Below are positions 10,074 to 20,731 of a DNA stretch of 64,000 nt, piece by piece (positions within the stretch are counted from its first letter, which is position 1; each line of letters opens with the position of its first letter). The notes beneath the pieces were generated by a model, which had not been told where the DNA came from, did not search any database, and saw only the letters and a list, made by a program, of their open reading frames with translations. The stretch spans positions 608,001 through 672,000 of the forward strand of contig CP084167.1 in the NCBI GenBank assembly GCA_021513715.1, written 5' to 3'. The stretch comes from Candidatus Heimdallarchaeum endolithica (GTDB lineage Archaea; Asgardarchaeota; Heimdallarchaeia; Heimdallarchaeales; Heimdallarchaeaceae). Position numbers and translations under genes: made by a program.

Positions 10074-13000
10074 TTATTTTTTCTTCCCCTTTCCTGTACG
10101 TTCCCACTCACTAAACTTGTCTATTAGTTCATCAATAGACTGAGTAATCTCTTCAGTGATTTTTTCAACAATAATTAATTTTTCTCCTTCAATTCGAATA
10201 GATAAAATAGAGCCAAGTTCAACCAACCATAATTCAAGATCATTAAGTTCTTCAAAACCTAGTTTTTCCTGCAAAGTAACTAAAGGTATTTCAGAACTAG
10301 TAGATAGAACCTTGAAGAATTCTTTAGCCCTCTTTATTTCAACCTCTCGAGAATCAAAATAATTCATTTTTTCTTCCACTTTTTCTTTTAATCCATAGTA
10401 TTGTTCTATTCGGTTGCTAGTCAACTTTTCTACTGTCTCTGTGTTCATAACCTTACTATAATTTTCTTTCCAGTTAGCTAATTTTTCTTCAAACTCTCTA
10501 AAATATAACTCACTTTCTGTTGTTTTTCCTTTTAGAGAATACACAAACAGATTATCTATTTCTTTTACTAGCTCTTCTCCTTTTTTATCCAATAATATTA
10601 AAGGATAAAGATGAATAAGGTCTAGAACTTCTTGTCTCTTATTTTCTATTTCTTGTGATTCCTCTAACAAATCTTTTTTTTCATCATTTGTTAATCTGTC
10701 AGAAATTACTTTAAGTTTAGATTGGAAAAAATCACGAAAAGCATCTGTTATCTCTGATAACTTTTTTACTTTCTCGAGGTTAAAATTAATGTTTAAGTCT
10801 TGTTGATTAATTATTTCTTTCTCTATTTCAAAAATTTTCTCAAAAGTTTTTTTCTGATGAATCTTCATTTGATTAATAAGAGCATTCAATTCTTCTTTTG
10901 AAAATGACTTGTCTACATCATTAGTTTCATTGATTTTGGAAGAAAGTAAATCATTTCTTATATCTATTTTTTCTATCTCTTCAATATAGGAAAAATACTC
11001 ATCACTTACTTTTTTGAATTCTAAGGTGATTTTGTTTATCTTACTAACATATTCATCTAAATCTATTTTTTGATAATTATTTTTTTGTACATAATTATTG
11101 ATTTTTTGTAAGTCTGAAAGTAAGAATTTTTTCCTTTTCAACACTTTTTCTATTAATAAAGTATATTCATCAGCTATTTTTTTCTTTAATAAACCTCTAT
11201 AATCTAACAACTGGCTAATAAAAATGTCAATTTCTTCTTTTACTTTATCTAATTCAATAGAATTTTTCTTTCCTATAATAATCCTAAATAATTTAAATTC
11301 AGATTGATAAAAAGCAATTATTTTATTAATATAATTAATATTTTTAACACTTTCTTGAAAATCCACAGTTGATAAAGGTTGAAGAAGATATTCATCTATT
11401 TTTTCCTTAAATTTTTCAAATTCCAAAAATTGATCTTGTAATTTATTCTTTAATTTTAAAAGTTTTTCACTCTGTTTTTTCTTAATTAGTAAAATAATTG
11501 TTATTATGCTTCCTATAACTAAAAAACTCAATAGACAAGAAAGCACAATTTTAATTTTTTTTGCTCGAGGATTGCTTAATTTGTTTAATGGATCACTTCC
11601 ATAAATGATTATTTCTTCATAGTCATTAAATTTATCATCATCTGTGTCATTTTTTGTTGGATCTGTGTGGTAGGCATATATTTCTTCATAATCTGTTAAA
11701 CCATCTCCATCAGTATCAGGATTCATGGGGTTAGTTAGAAAAGTTATAACTTCTTGATAATCTGTTAAACCATCATTATCTGAATCTTTTTTATAAGGAA
11801 GAGAATGGAAAACTTTTACTTCTTGATAATAACCTAATTTGTCATCATCAAAATCTTCTTCTCTTATACATCCCCCAAAAGTAACTTCGTCTCCATCATT
11901 AAGGCCATCTCCATCAGTATCAGGATTAAGAGGATAAGCAAACCATTGATATTCTTCTAAATTAGTTAAACCATCTCCATCAGAATCTGCCTTGGGATCA
12001 TCCAAATTATAGACAATTTCCCAACCATCGTCCATTCCATCATTGTCATCATCATTCTCAACAGATACTATTCTTCTTGGAAAAATATCACCAATTTCAG
12101 CACCATATATAGAATAAAAATTGGTAGTACCATCCCAGTCTTCCCACAAATTACCAATCAGTAAAGTAGGAGAATACCAGAAGCTATTAGTTCCATAATC
12201 TTCGTTTAGATCCTTAATTTTCATAAAAGTATTATTGTAGACAATGTTGTATTCTCCTCTTTCACCTATTCTTACGCCCCCTAAACCTGTTCCACAAAAG
12301 AGATTATTATAAACCAAACTGTTACTTACTTCGAAAGCATAACAAATAGCGAAGTTAGTTGAATTGTATATTTTGTTATCATTAATAACAACGTTATTAC
12401 ATCTTTCTAAATTTATTCCATCAGTTGTTGCTCCTTTTATCAAATTATTAGAGAATACAATTTCATTATTGCCACTAGACCATATACCTGGAGCCCAATC
12501 ACTAGTTACATTTTCTAATGTGTTAAAAGTAATAGTAATCTCATTATTTGTATCAAGTCCAATGTTTCCTTCACCATTAAAAATGCATGTGTTTTTAGTA
12601 ACTGTAACATTAGATGATTCAGAAACCAAAATACCAAAACGAGAGTTATTAGCAGAATAATTATTATATACCAAGCTATCTCCTGTTTGGTGAATTAATA
12701 TTCCATCATAATTATAAAGAAGAGTACAATTCTCTACTATTGTACTCCCTGCTCTTGATTCAGAAGCAATCCCAAATCCAAAACCTTGAACAAAACAATT
12801 TCGAATAACTACTGAAGAACTAACATAACTAATAATAATACCACAACCTTCTTTGTTAGTTGCTTCTGTTGAAATCTTATAGTTTTCAATTATGTATGGA
12901 TCATCCTCTGTTCCTGAACCAGGACAACCAAGTTTTGCAAAGTCTTCTTCTCTAGTGATATCTATTGGTGAATGAATAATATAATTAGTCTTTTGGCTAT

Positions 13001-13259
13001 TATTTTTTTCAAAAATTATTTTTTGATAAGAACTATTATGATTTATTTGCCTATTGTTTAGAAATGAATTATGTTCATCAATTGAGAGAGAACTAACAAA
13101 TACTTTTTCAATTTCAGATTTATTGCTACTAAAATTAGAAAACTTGTCATAGTCATGACTATTTATTAAGTAAAAAGATGGAAGGACAAAAAGAAAAATA
13201 ATTAAAGAAAAAACAATATTTCTTCTGAAATTTAGCGATATATTGTTTAATATTTTCAT
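10074..13259 (-). CDS. Receptor-like surface protein 3 (tail type A), close paralogue of 25561-28752
   Basis: Same architecture; ends [23 protein letters not shown]. Confidence 0.85.
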   Translation of the reverse strand: MKILNNISLNFRRNIVFSLIIFLFVLPSFYLINSHDYDKFSNFSSNKSEIEKVFVSSLSIDEHNSFLNNRQINHNSSYQKIIFEKNNSQKTNYIIHSPIDITREEDFAKLGCPGSGTEDDPYIIENYKISTEATNKEGCGIIISYVSSSVVIRNCFVQGFGFGIASESRAGSTIVENCTLLYNYDGILIHQTGDSLVYNNYSANNSRFGILVSESSNVTVTKNTCIFNGEGNIGLDTNNEITITFNTLENVTSDWAPGIWSSGNNEIVFSNNLIKGATTDGINLERCNNVVINDNKIYNSTNFAICYAFEVSNSLVYNNLFCGTGLGGVRIGERGEYNIVYNNTFMKIKDLNEDYGTNSFWYSPTLLIGNLWEDWDGTTNFYSIYGAEIGDIFPRRIVSVENDDDNDGMDDGWEIVYNLDDPKADSDGDGLTNLEEYQWFAYPLNPDTDGDGLNDGDEVTFGGCIREEDFDDDKLGYYQEVKVFHSLPYKKDSDNDGLTDYQEVITFLTNPMNPDTDGDGLTDYEEIYAYHTDPTKNDTDDDKFNDYEEIIIYGSDPLNKLSNPRAKKIKIVLSCLLSFLVIGSIITIILLIKKKQSEKLLKLKNKLQDQFLEFEKFKEKIDEYLLQPLSTVDFQESVKNINYINKIIAFYQSEFKLFRIIIGKKNSIELDKVKEEIDIFISQLLDYRGLLKKKIADEYTLLIEKVLKRKKFLLSDLQKINNYVQKNNYQKIDLDEYVSKINKITLEFKKVSDEYFSYIEEIEKIDIRNDLLSSKINETNDVDKSFSKEELNALINQMKIHQKKTFEKIFEIEKEIINQQDLNINFNLEKVKKLSEITDAFRDFFQSKLKVISDRLTNDEKKDLLEESQEIENKRQEVLDLIHLYPLILLDKKGEELVKEIDNLFVYSLKGKTTESELYFREFEEKLANWKENYSKVMNTETVEKLTSNRIEQYYGLKEKVEEKMNYFDSREVEIKRAKEFFKVLSTSSEIPLVTLQEKLGFEELNDLELWLVELGSILSIRIEGEKLIIVEKITEEITQSIDELIDKFSEWERTGKGKKK

Positions 13260-13488
13260 TTCTAAAACAAGTTATACATTATATAAAAAAATTAAAAGTT
13301 TTTCTCCATTAATTCCCATTTAAAATAAATTATGCATAAAGCATCAAGTTCAACTTGCATAAAAGAATACAAAAACAATAAGAAAAATAGATGAATTAAA
13401 CATAACGAGTACCAGAATAGAAAAAACAAGACAAAATAGAAAAATATTGATATTTGAACAATTTTTATAGAAAATTAAACTTGTGAGA

Positions 13489-16400
13489 TTAGTTTTTCTT
13501 TCCTTCTCCTGTTTTTTCCCATTCAGAGAATCGCGTGATTAACTCGTCTATTGATTGGGTTAATTCTTTTGTAGCTTTCTCAGAGATGATTAATTTATCT
13601 CCTTCTATTTTTATAGATAGAAACGAACTTAGTTCTATTAACCATTTCTCCAAATCTTCTAATTTTGAAAAATCTAGCATTTGCTGTAACTTAATTAAAG
13701 TAATTTCACTATAGATTGATAATACATCTATAAGTACTTTTATTCTTTTCACTTCTTTATATTTTATTTTGTTTTGCGTTATGATTTCTTTTAATTCCTC
13801 TTTTTCTTTTTGAATTAAATCTTTTTCATTTTTTAACTCTTTTATTTCTATTTCTTCTGCTAAGATAATTTCACTTCTTTTCTTCCATTTTTTCCATTCT
13901 TTTTCATATTCTGTAAAACGGTATAAACTTTCTTTTGTTTGTTTCTTTAGTAATATTTTATACACTTTTTCTCCTTCTTCTAATAATTCTCTTCCTTTGT
14001 CTTTTATTAATTTCAGAGGTAGTATTACTAAATGTTCAATTTTTTCTTCTATTTCTTGATGTTTTTCTATTAATCTTTTTCTTTCTTCTTCACTTATTTT
14101 ATTTTCAATACTTTTATATTCTAAATTAAATATTAGATAATATTTCTTTGATATTTTTTCAAAATAATTTTTAAACTCAGTAAACTGTGAAAAAATATCT
14201 GAAGAACTAATTTGTTCAATAACTCTTTTTTGTAAAGTTATAAGTTCTTGTTCAAGTTGTTTTTGATTCAATTCTAATGTGAACTTTGAAAGGATTACAA
14301 GTTTGCTTTGTTTATTTTGTATCTCGTTCTCTACTATTGATGATTTTACTAAATTATCTCCTTGTTCTTTTTTATTTAGATCATCTATTTCTTTCTTAAA
14401 CCTTGACTCAATTTCCTCAATATTGATATCATCCTTCTTTAATAAACTAAGTAAGGTATCTATCTCTTTTTCTAGTATTTTAATTTTGTATTCTTCTGCT
14501 TTATTTATAAGAAGATTTATTTCTTGTTTAAGTTCTTTTAAAAGGTTAATATTTTGTTTTCTGATTGCTGTAATTGATGTTCTTGATATTTTTTCACTTG
14601 TTCGAATAAATGTTTCTAATCTGATAAGTACTGTAGTACATACTTCTAAATATTTATTTTGATTAGCTATTAATATTTTATTTATATCTGATGTTATTAG
14701 TTCAAAATTTAACTTTTCTTCGTTCCATTTTTTAAACTGTTCTAAAATAATCTTTTTGTGTTTTTTACTAATTATGTGGATTATAAATATAAAACAAATT
14801 ATTAAAATTATTGCTATTGTAGCTGATGATATAGAAATTATTATTATTTTGATTTTTTTATTGCTTCTCTTATTTAATGGGTCCGTACCAAATTTATTTA
14901 ATTCATCATAATCACTAAATCCATCTCCATCAGTGTCATAATCTAGTGGATCTGTTAAGTATTCAAAGATTTCCTCATAATCGCTAAGTCCATCTTTATC
15001 AGAATCTGCTTCATTTGGATCAGTATTATACTTGTTTATCTCTTCACCATCAGTTAAACCATCACCATCAGTATCAGAATTAAGGGGGTCAGTATTGTGA
15101 GTTTTAACCTCTTCACCATCAGTTAAACCGTCACCATCAGTATCAGAATTAAGGGGGTCAGTTCTTGCTTGATACTCTTCTAAATTAGTTAAACTGTCAT
15201 TATCAGGGTCTTCTGTAGAGTCATCAGTTAGGGGGTCTAAACCAAAACTTACTTCCCATCCATCAGGCATGCTATCATTATCTGAGTCAGAATCAATTGG
15301 GTCTGTTCCATAAGTGTTAACCTCTTCATAGTCGTTCAAACCATCTCCATCAGTGTCACTGTTATTAGGAATAGTTCCCTCTTTGTACTCTTCTAAATTG
15401 GTTAAACCGTCATTATCAGGGTCTTCTGTAGAGTCATCAGTTAGGGGGTCTAAACCAAAACTTACTTCCCATCCATCAGGCATACCATCAGAGTCAGTAT
15501 CAGAATCTAATGGATCTGTAGAGTAAGTGTATATTTCTAGATTGTCACTTAACCCATCATCATCGGTATCAGAATCTAAAGGATCAGTACCTGCTTGATA
15601 CTCTTCTCCATCAGTTAAACCGTCACCATCGGTGTCAGGATCTAAAGGGTCAGTACCGTAAGTTTTAACCTCTTCATAGTCAAGTAAACCATCTCCATCA
15701 GTGTCAGGATCTAAAGCGTCAGTACCTACTTGATACTCTTCCAAATTTGTCAACCCATCAGAATCTGGATCTTCATTTGCATCATCTGTTAGAGGGTCCA
15801 AACTGTTTTCTACTTCCCAACCATCAGGCATGCCATCAGAGTCAGTATCAGAATCTAATGGATCTGTAGAGTAAGTGTTTACCTCTTCTCCATCACTAAG
15901 TTTATCTTCATCTGAATCTGCTTCATTTGGATCAGTATTATACTTGTTTATTTCCTCTTCATCCATTAACCCGTCATCGTCAGAGTCATGATTTGTTGGA
16001 TCTGTACCATATTCTAATACTTCTTCTTCATCTGTTAATCCATCATTATCAGTGTCAGGATCTAAAGGGTTAGTAAAATAAATTAATATTTCAGTTCCAT
16101 CATCTAATTTATCATTGTCTGTATCGTTGTTACTAGGATTAGTATGCAAAACAATTTCTATAGGATCAACAAGCTCATCTTTATCACTATCGTAACAAAC
16201 AAGAGGAGAAAAATCTTGTGCAGATTCAGTTCCTCCAAAATTGCTGTATGCTCCTACACCACTCCAATCAGACCAATAATTGTTATTCCAATTATTATCA
16301 TCTCCTGAACTTACAGCTTGTTTCTCAACACTTTTAAGGAAGTAATTATAATTTATTTCATTGTTATACCCCAATATACTAATACCACATAAATTATTTT

Positions 16401-16956
16401 TTATTAAAGTATTATTGGTTAAAACATTATCATTAGATATAATTGATATACCTGCATGATTTCCATAAAGAACATTTCCATAAAGAAATATCCCAGAAGA
16501 GTAAATTGAAATTCCATCCTCTCCACAATTTTTACAATAATTATATCTTATCACAATGTTATCTGTTGAGCTAACAGAAATACCATCAGCACCACAATTT
16601 AATATAGTGTTATTTTCTATTCTGCATGTTCCGTCTTTACAGTCCCATATATAGATTCCGAATGAAAAATTTTTTATTGTACAATTTCTAATAATGAAAT
16701 ACTTCGTTGTTCTATAAATATAAATACCATTTCCATCTCCATATTTTCCCTCTAAAATATAGTTCTCAATTATATATGGATCTTCTTCTGTTCCTGAACC
16801 AGGAAAACCTAAACTTATAAAATCACTATCGCTAGTAATACTTATCGGTGAATCCTTTAGATTTATGTTATTTGTTAAATAGATATCTGAAGAAACAGAG
16901 AGGTAAGAAGGAAATAATACTAAAATCAGAACAATGATACTGATTTTATATTTCAT
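13489..16956 (-). CDS. Receptor-like surface protein 4 (long Ca-binding repeat stalk, tail type A)
   Basis: Same architecture with the longest DxDxDG repeat region of the array. N-terminal ~66 aa identical to the gene at 18054. Confidence 0.85.
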   Translation of the reverse strand: MKYKISIIVLILVLFPSYLSVSSDIYLTNNINLKDSPISITSDSDFISLGFPGSGTEEDPYIIENYILEGKYGDGNGIYIYRTTKYFIIRNCTIKNFSFGIYIWDCKDGTCRIENNTILNCGADGISVSSTDNIVIRYNYCKNCGEDGISIYSSGIFLYGNVLYGNHAGISIISNDNVLTNNTLIKNNLCGISILGYNNEINYNYFLKSVEKQAVSSGDDNNWNNNYWSDWSGVGAYSNFGGTESAQDFSPLVCYDSDKDELVDPIEIVLHTNPSNNDTDNDKLDDGTEILIYFTNPLDPDTDNDGLTDEEEVLEYGTDPTNHDSDDDGLMDEEEINKYNTDPNEADSDEDKLSDGEEVNTYSTDPLDSDTDSDGMPDGWEVENSLDPLTDDANEDPDSDGLTNLEEYQVGTDALDPDTDGDGLLDYEEVKTYGTDPLDPDTDGDGLTDGEEYQAGTDPLDSDTDDDGLSDNLEIYTYSTDPLDSDTDSDGMPDGWEVSFGLDPLTDDSTEDPDNDGLTNLEEYKEGTIPNNSDTDGDGLNDYEEVNTYGTDPIDSDSDNDSMPDGWEVSFGLDPLTDDSTEDPDNDSLTNLEEYQARTDPLNSDTDGDGLTDGEEVKTHNTDPLNSDTDGDGLTDGEEINKYNTDPNEADSDKDGLSDYEEIFEYLTDPLDYDTDGDGFSDYDELNKFGTDPLNKRSNKKIKIIIISISSATIAIILIICFIFIIHIISKKHKKIILEQFKKWNEEKLNFELITSDINKILIANQNKYLEVCTTVLIRLETFIRTSEKISRTSITAIRKQNINLLKELKQEINLLINKAEEYKIKILEKEIDTLLSLLKKDDINIEEIESRFKKEIDDLNKKEQGDNLVKSSIVENEIQNKQSKLVILSKFTLELNQKQLEQELITLQKRVIEQISSSDIFSQFTEFKNYFEKISKKYYLIFNLEYKSIENKISEEERKRLIEKHQEIEEKIEHLVILPLKLIKDKGRELLEEGEKVYKILLKKQTKESLYRFTEYEKEWKKWKKRSEIILAEEIEIKELKNEKDLIQKEKEELKEIITQNKIKYKEVKRIKVLIDVLSIYSEITLIKLQQMLDFSKLEDLEKWLIELSSFLSIKIEGDKLIISEKATKELTQSIDELITRFSEWEKTGEGKKN

Positions 16957-16999
16957 ATATCTTAGAGAAATAAATGTTTTTTTATTAATTTTTTGTTCT
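16796..16999. repeat. Left arm of a perfect 204-bp inverted repeat (partner 18011-18214)
   Basis: Base-by-base comparison with the reverse complement of 18011-18214. Covers 43 bp of upstream DNA plus the first ~53 codons. Confidence 0.95.
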
Positions 17000-17000
17000 A

Positions 17001-18010
17001 TGTTTACTCAATAGACTTGGGTTACACTTTTGGGTACTAGAGAAACATAGGGGTGATTCATAAATCTTTCTCCTGGGGTGAGGAAGTTAAGAGATTGGTG
17101 AGGACGACTAAAATTGTAGTAAGAGCGGTAGTAGGAGAGATCTGCGTTGCAGTATTTTAGACCTAATCTTTCCATCTCACGGATGATTGTCCCATGTAGT
17201 CTTTCTACTTTTCCACATGTTTCGGGGTGAAAAACTCTAGCTCTGATGTGTTTTATTCCTTCTGTTTGACACCAACGGGAGAAGGTACTTGTTCCTCCTC
17301 TAACGGAAGAGAAGAGTGCTCCATTGTCAGTAAGTATAGACTCGGGGTAACCGTACTCTTTTATTGCTTCCTCTAGCAAACTTATTATCTGCTCTTTTTT
17401 TGGTGCAAAAGGGTGGAATTTAGCTCCCAGACAGAATCGTGAGTGGTCGTCTATCAAGGTTATGAGATGGAGATGTTGTCCCTGTTCTTCTACCCAGAAT
17501 GGTCCTTTCACATCTATTTGCCAGAGTTCGTTAGGTTTTTGACGTTCAAAACTCTTGTATCGAGGTCTTTTCCTCTTTTTTCTATTAACCCATAAAGGAA
17601 GACCTAACTCTTTTATTACTTTCGTCACTGTCGTCTGAGAGAGTGCTTTTCCTTCTCTCTTCAACAAATAAGCTATCTTCTCCACATTCATTCCTTGTTT
17701 TATTCTTAACTCCCTTATCCTCTCTTTTAACTCCTCATCTACTTTCCTGTGTATAGTTTTTGGTCTGGAAGATCTATCTTTCCACCATACTCCTTCAGGG
17801 TTCTCTCTGAACCTCTTCAACCACTTATACACAAACTTCCTACTCACCATATACTTGTGAGCTACCTCTTTTATCTTCTCTCCTTCCAAAGCTTTTTTAA
17901 CCACAATCTTTCTTAGTTTCTCCAGGTTACGTTCGGGTTTGTTCATAATATATCACTTACCCACGTAACCCACTTCTATTTATTTGTTACCAATGTGAGT
18001 TGAGTATACA
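17001..18010 (-). mobile_element. IS481-family insertion sequence, copy 1 (1010 bp)
   Basis: TGT...ACA ends, TIR TGTTTACTCAA / TGTATACTCAA, subterminal AATAGAnnTGGGTTAC motifs. No direct target duplication. Confidence 0.92.
17008..17946 (-). CDS. IS481-family DDE transposase (HTH plus integrase core)
   Basis: WQID, IDDHSR, LTDNG, GKVER and YNxxRPH motifs. Confidence 0.95.
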   Translation of the reverse strand: MNKPERNLEKLRKIVVKKALEGEKIKEVAHKYMVSRKFVYKWLKRFRENPEGVWWKDRSSRPKTIHRKVDEELKERIRELRIKQGMNVEKIAYLLKREGKALSQTTVTKVIKELGLPLWVNRKKRKRPRYKSFERQKPNELWQIDVKGPFWVEEQGQHLHLITLIDDHSRFCLGAKFHPFAPKKEQIISLLEEAIKEYGYPESILTDNGALFSSVRGGTSTFSRWCQTEGIKHIRARVFHPETCGKVERLHGTIIREMERLGLKYCNADLSYYRSYYNFSRPHQSLNFLTPGERFMNHPYVSLVPKSVTQVY

Positions 18011-18214
18011 AGAACAAAAAATTAATAAAAAAACATTTATTTCTCTAAGATATATGAAATATAAAATCAGTATCATTGTTCTGATTTTAGTATTATTTCC
18101 TTCTTACCTCTCTGTTTCTTCAGATATCTATTTAACAAATAACATAAATCTAAAGGATTCACCGATAAGTATTACTAGCGATAGTGATTTTATAAGTTTA
18201 GGTTTTCCTGGTTC
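18011..18214. repeat. Right arm of the perfect 204-bp inverted repeat (partner 16796-16999)
   Basis: Starts at the base immediately after the IS terminal ACA. Confidence 0.95.
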
Positions 18215-20591
18215 TGGGACTGAAGAAGATCCTTATATTATTGAAAATTATTTTATTGAAGGAATACAAAGAAAAGGATTAGGTATTAATATTTTTGGAA
18301 CAACTAAATATTTCATTATTAGAAATTGTATATTAAAAAACTTTGAAAGAGGAATCGTAATATCTAATTGTAAAGAAGGAACTGCTAAATTAGAAAACAA
18401 TACTATTATTAATTGCAGAGAATTGGGAATATATGTTTTTAATACTTATGGCAGTATAATAAAAGATAATTGGTGCGAAGATTGTGAATTATCGGGAATA
18501 AGAACTGAGAATAGTAATGGTTCAATTTTTAATGATAATATTCTTTATCGAAATGAAGAAGGTATTTCAATTTATACCTCTGATGATAATGTTTTAACCA
18601 ATAATACCTTAATAAAGAATAACAGATGGGGTATTGCTTTAATATGGGGGAGTAAGAATAACTCAGTAAATTATAATTATTTTCTTGAAAATGTTGAAAA
18701 GCAAGGCCAAAATGAAGGCACTGATAATAATTGGAATAACAATTATTGGTCAGATTGGAGTGGTGTAGGAGCATACAGCAATTTTGGAGGAACTGAACCT
18801 GTACAAGATTCTTCTCCTCTTGTTTGTCAAGATACCGACAATGATAAGATAATTGATAAAATAGAAAATGTATTTCACACAGAAATTAATGATTCCGATA
18901 CTGACAATGATAGTTTATCTGATTACCAAGAAATACTTTATTCATTTTCTTCTCCGATAGATTCTGATACTGACTCTGATGGTATGCCTGATGGATGGGA
19001 AGTAAGTTTTGGTTTAGACCCCCTAACTGATGACTCTACAGAAGATCTTGATGGAGATGGATTAACTAATTTAGAAGAGTATCAAGCAAGAACTGATCCT
19101 ACAAAAAATGACACTGATGGAGATGGATTCAGCGATTATAAAGAACTAAAAAAATATGGTACAAATCCAACAAATAAGAAAAGTAATCCATTAAAAAAAA
19201 TAATGATAATTTCAACATATGTGATAGTAGGAATTATAATTTTATCTGGAATTACTTTAATTGCTTTATTAATTATTAAGGAAAGGCAGAAGAAGATAAT
19301 TGCAGAACTGTCAGAGAAGTGGAATGAAGAAAAAATAAGATTTGAAGCTATAGCAGAAGAAGCTGATGAAGTAATAAAGTTAGACCAAAATGAGTATTTG
19401 GAAGAATTACCTTTAGTTAGAGCTAAAATAAAAGAGTATATTCAAAAGAATAAGGGATTATTAAAGTCTATACCCTTTACAATTGGAAAACAAAATTCTT
19501 CATTGTTGAAGAAAATAGAAGAGGATATGAACAATTTCATCCCTAAAAACATTAATCAAGTGAAAAATAAACTTTTAGAGAAAGAAATGGAAATCTACTT
19601 CAATCAATGCATGAAATTAATTAGTGTTCTAACAAAAGAAAGTTTCTCTCAAATCACTGATTATGAAAAAGAATGGAAAGAATGGAAAGAGTGGAAGAAA
19701 AGGATAAAGGATACTTTAGAGAGAGAAATGGAAGAAAGAACAGGAGAAGAAAGAGAGATGATTAATAATTATAATAATGAAGCTATTGCTCTTTCAAAAC
19801 TATTAATAGAAAGAAAGCAAGAACAAATGTCTCATGAATTGGAAAAGTTACAAAAACAAATCATCGAACAAACTTTATCTACTAATTTGTTAAACCTAAT
19901 TAAAGAAATTAACAAAAATAGCAAAAAAATCTCAGATTATAATCTAATATTTAATTTAGAATATAAAAGTATTGAAAATAAAATAAGTGAAGAAGAAAGA
20001 AAAAGATTAATAGAAAAACATCAAGAAATAGAAGAAAAAATTGAACATTTAGTAATACTACCTCTGAAATTAATAAAAGACAAAGGAAGAGAATTATTAG
20101 AAGAAGGAGAAAAAGTGTATAAAATATTACTAAAGAAACAAACAAAAGAAAGTTTATACCGTTTTACAGAATATGAAAAAGAATGGAAAAAATGGAAGAA
20201 AAGAAGTGAAATTATCTTAGCAGAAGAAATAGAAATAAAAGAGTTAAAAAATGAAAAAGATTTAATTCAAAAAGAAAAGGAAGAACTGAAGGAAATCATA
20301 ACGCAAAACAAAATAAAATATAAAGAAGTGAAAAGAATAAAAGAATTTGTAGAAGTTTTATCTAACTTTAGCGAAATTAGTCTAGTTGAGTTGCAGCAAA
20401 GACTAGATTTTGCAGAATTACAAGAGCTGGAGATGTGGTTATTAGATCTAAGTTCTGTTCTTTCTATAAGAATAGAAGGAAATAAACTAATTATCCCTGA
20501 AAAAGCTACAAGAGAGATAACTCAATCAATAGATGAATTAATCAAACGATTCTCTGAATGGGAAAAAACAGGAGAAGGAAAGAAAATATAG
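18054..20591 (+). CDS. Receptor-like surface protein 5 (tail type A)
   Basis: ATG at 18054 (MKYKISII, same as the 16956 gene); the track start at 18000 lies inside the IS. Ends [23 protein letters not shown]. Confidence 0.87.
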   Translation: MKYKISIIVLILVLFPSYLSVSSDIYLTNNINLKDSPISITSDSDFISLGFPGSGTEEDPYIIENYFIEGIQRKGLGINIFGTTKYFIIRNCILKNFERGIVISNCKEGTAKLENNTIINCRELGIYVFNTYGSIIKDNWCEDCELSGIRTENSNGSIFNDNILYRNEEGISIYTSDDNVLTNNTLIKNNRWGIALIWGSKNNSVNYNYFLENVEKQGQNEGTDNNWNNNYWSDWSGVGAYSNFGGTEPVQDSSPLVCQDTDNDKIIDKIENVFHTEINDSDTDNDSLSDYQEILYSFSSPIDSDTDSDGMPDGWEVSFGLDPLTDDSTEDLDGDGLTNLEEYQARTDPTKNDTDGDGFSDYKELKKYGTNPTNKKSNPLKKIMIISTYVIVGIIILSGITLIALLIIKERQKKIIAELSEKWNEEKIRFEAIAEEADEVIKLDQNEYLEELPLVRAKIKEYIQKNKGLLKSIPFTIGKQNSSLLKKIEEDMNNFIPKNINQVKNKLLEKEMEIYFNQCMKLISVLTKESFSQITDYEKEWKEWKEWKKRIKDTLEREMEERTGEEREMINNYNNEAIALSKLLIERKQEQMSHELEKLQKQIIEQTLSTNLLNLIKEINKNSKKISDYNLIFNLEYKSIENKISEEERKRLIEKHQEIEEKIEHLVILPLKLIKDKGRELLEEGEKVYKILLKKQTKESLYRFTEYEKEWKKWKKRSEIILAEEIEIKELKNEKDLIQKEKEELKEIITQNKIKYKEVKRIKEFVEVLSNFSEISLVELQQRLDFAELQELEMWLLDLSSVLSIRIEGNKLIIPEKATREITQSIDELIKRFSEWEKTGEGKKI

Positions 20592-20621
20592 AGAACATAG
20601 TTTTATTTTTTCTATTAAAAT

Positions 20622-20731
20622 TAGTACTTCCGCAATAAGTTGACCGATTTCTATAGGTTAAAATTATAGGCGTTCATACTATCATTGGTGTGTTCTCAAT
20701 TCATACTTTTTGAGATAATTCGGAAGTACTA
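20622..20731. mobile_element. Putative MITE (~110 bp)
   Basis: Perfect 11-bp inverted termini TAGTACTTCCG...CGGAAGTACTA, non-coding and less AT-rich than its flanks, between convergent genes. Confidence 0.5.

Noticed and set aside
13935-14129. Identical 64-aa ORFs at 13935-14129 and 19951-20145
   Set aside because: They are antisense shadows of the shared 402-bp coding patch, not genes.
18000-18053. N-terminal extension of the track ORF starting at 18000
   Set aside because: The start lies within the IS end. The identical paralogue begins at MKYK (18054).
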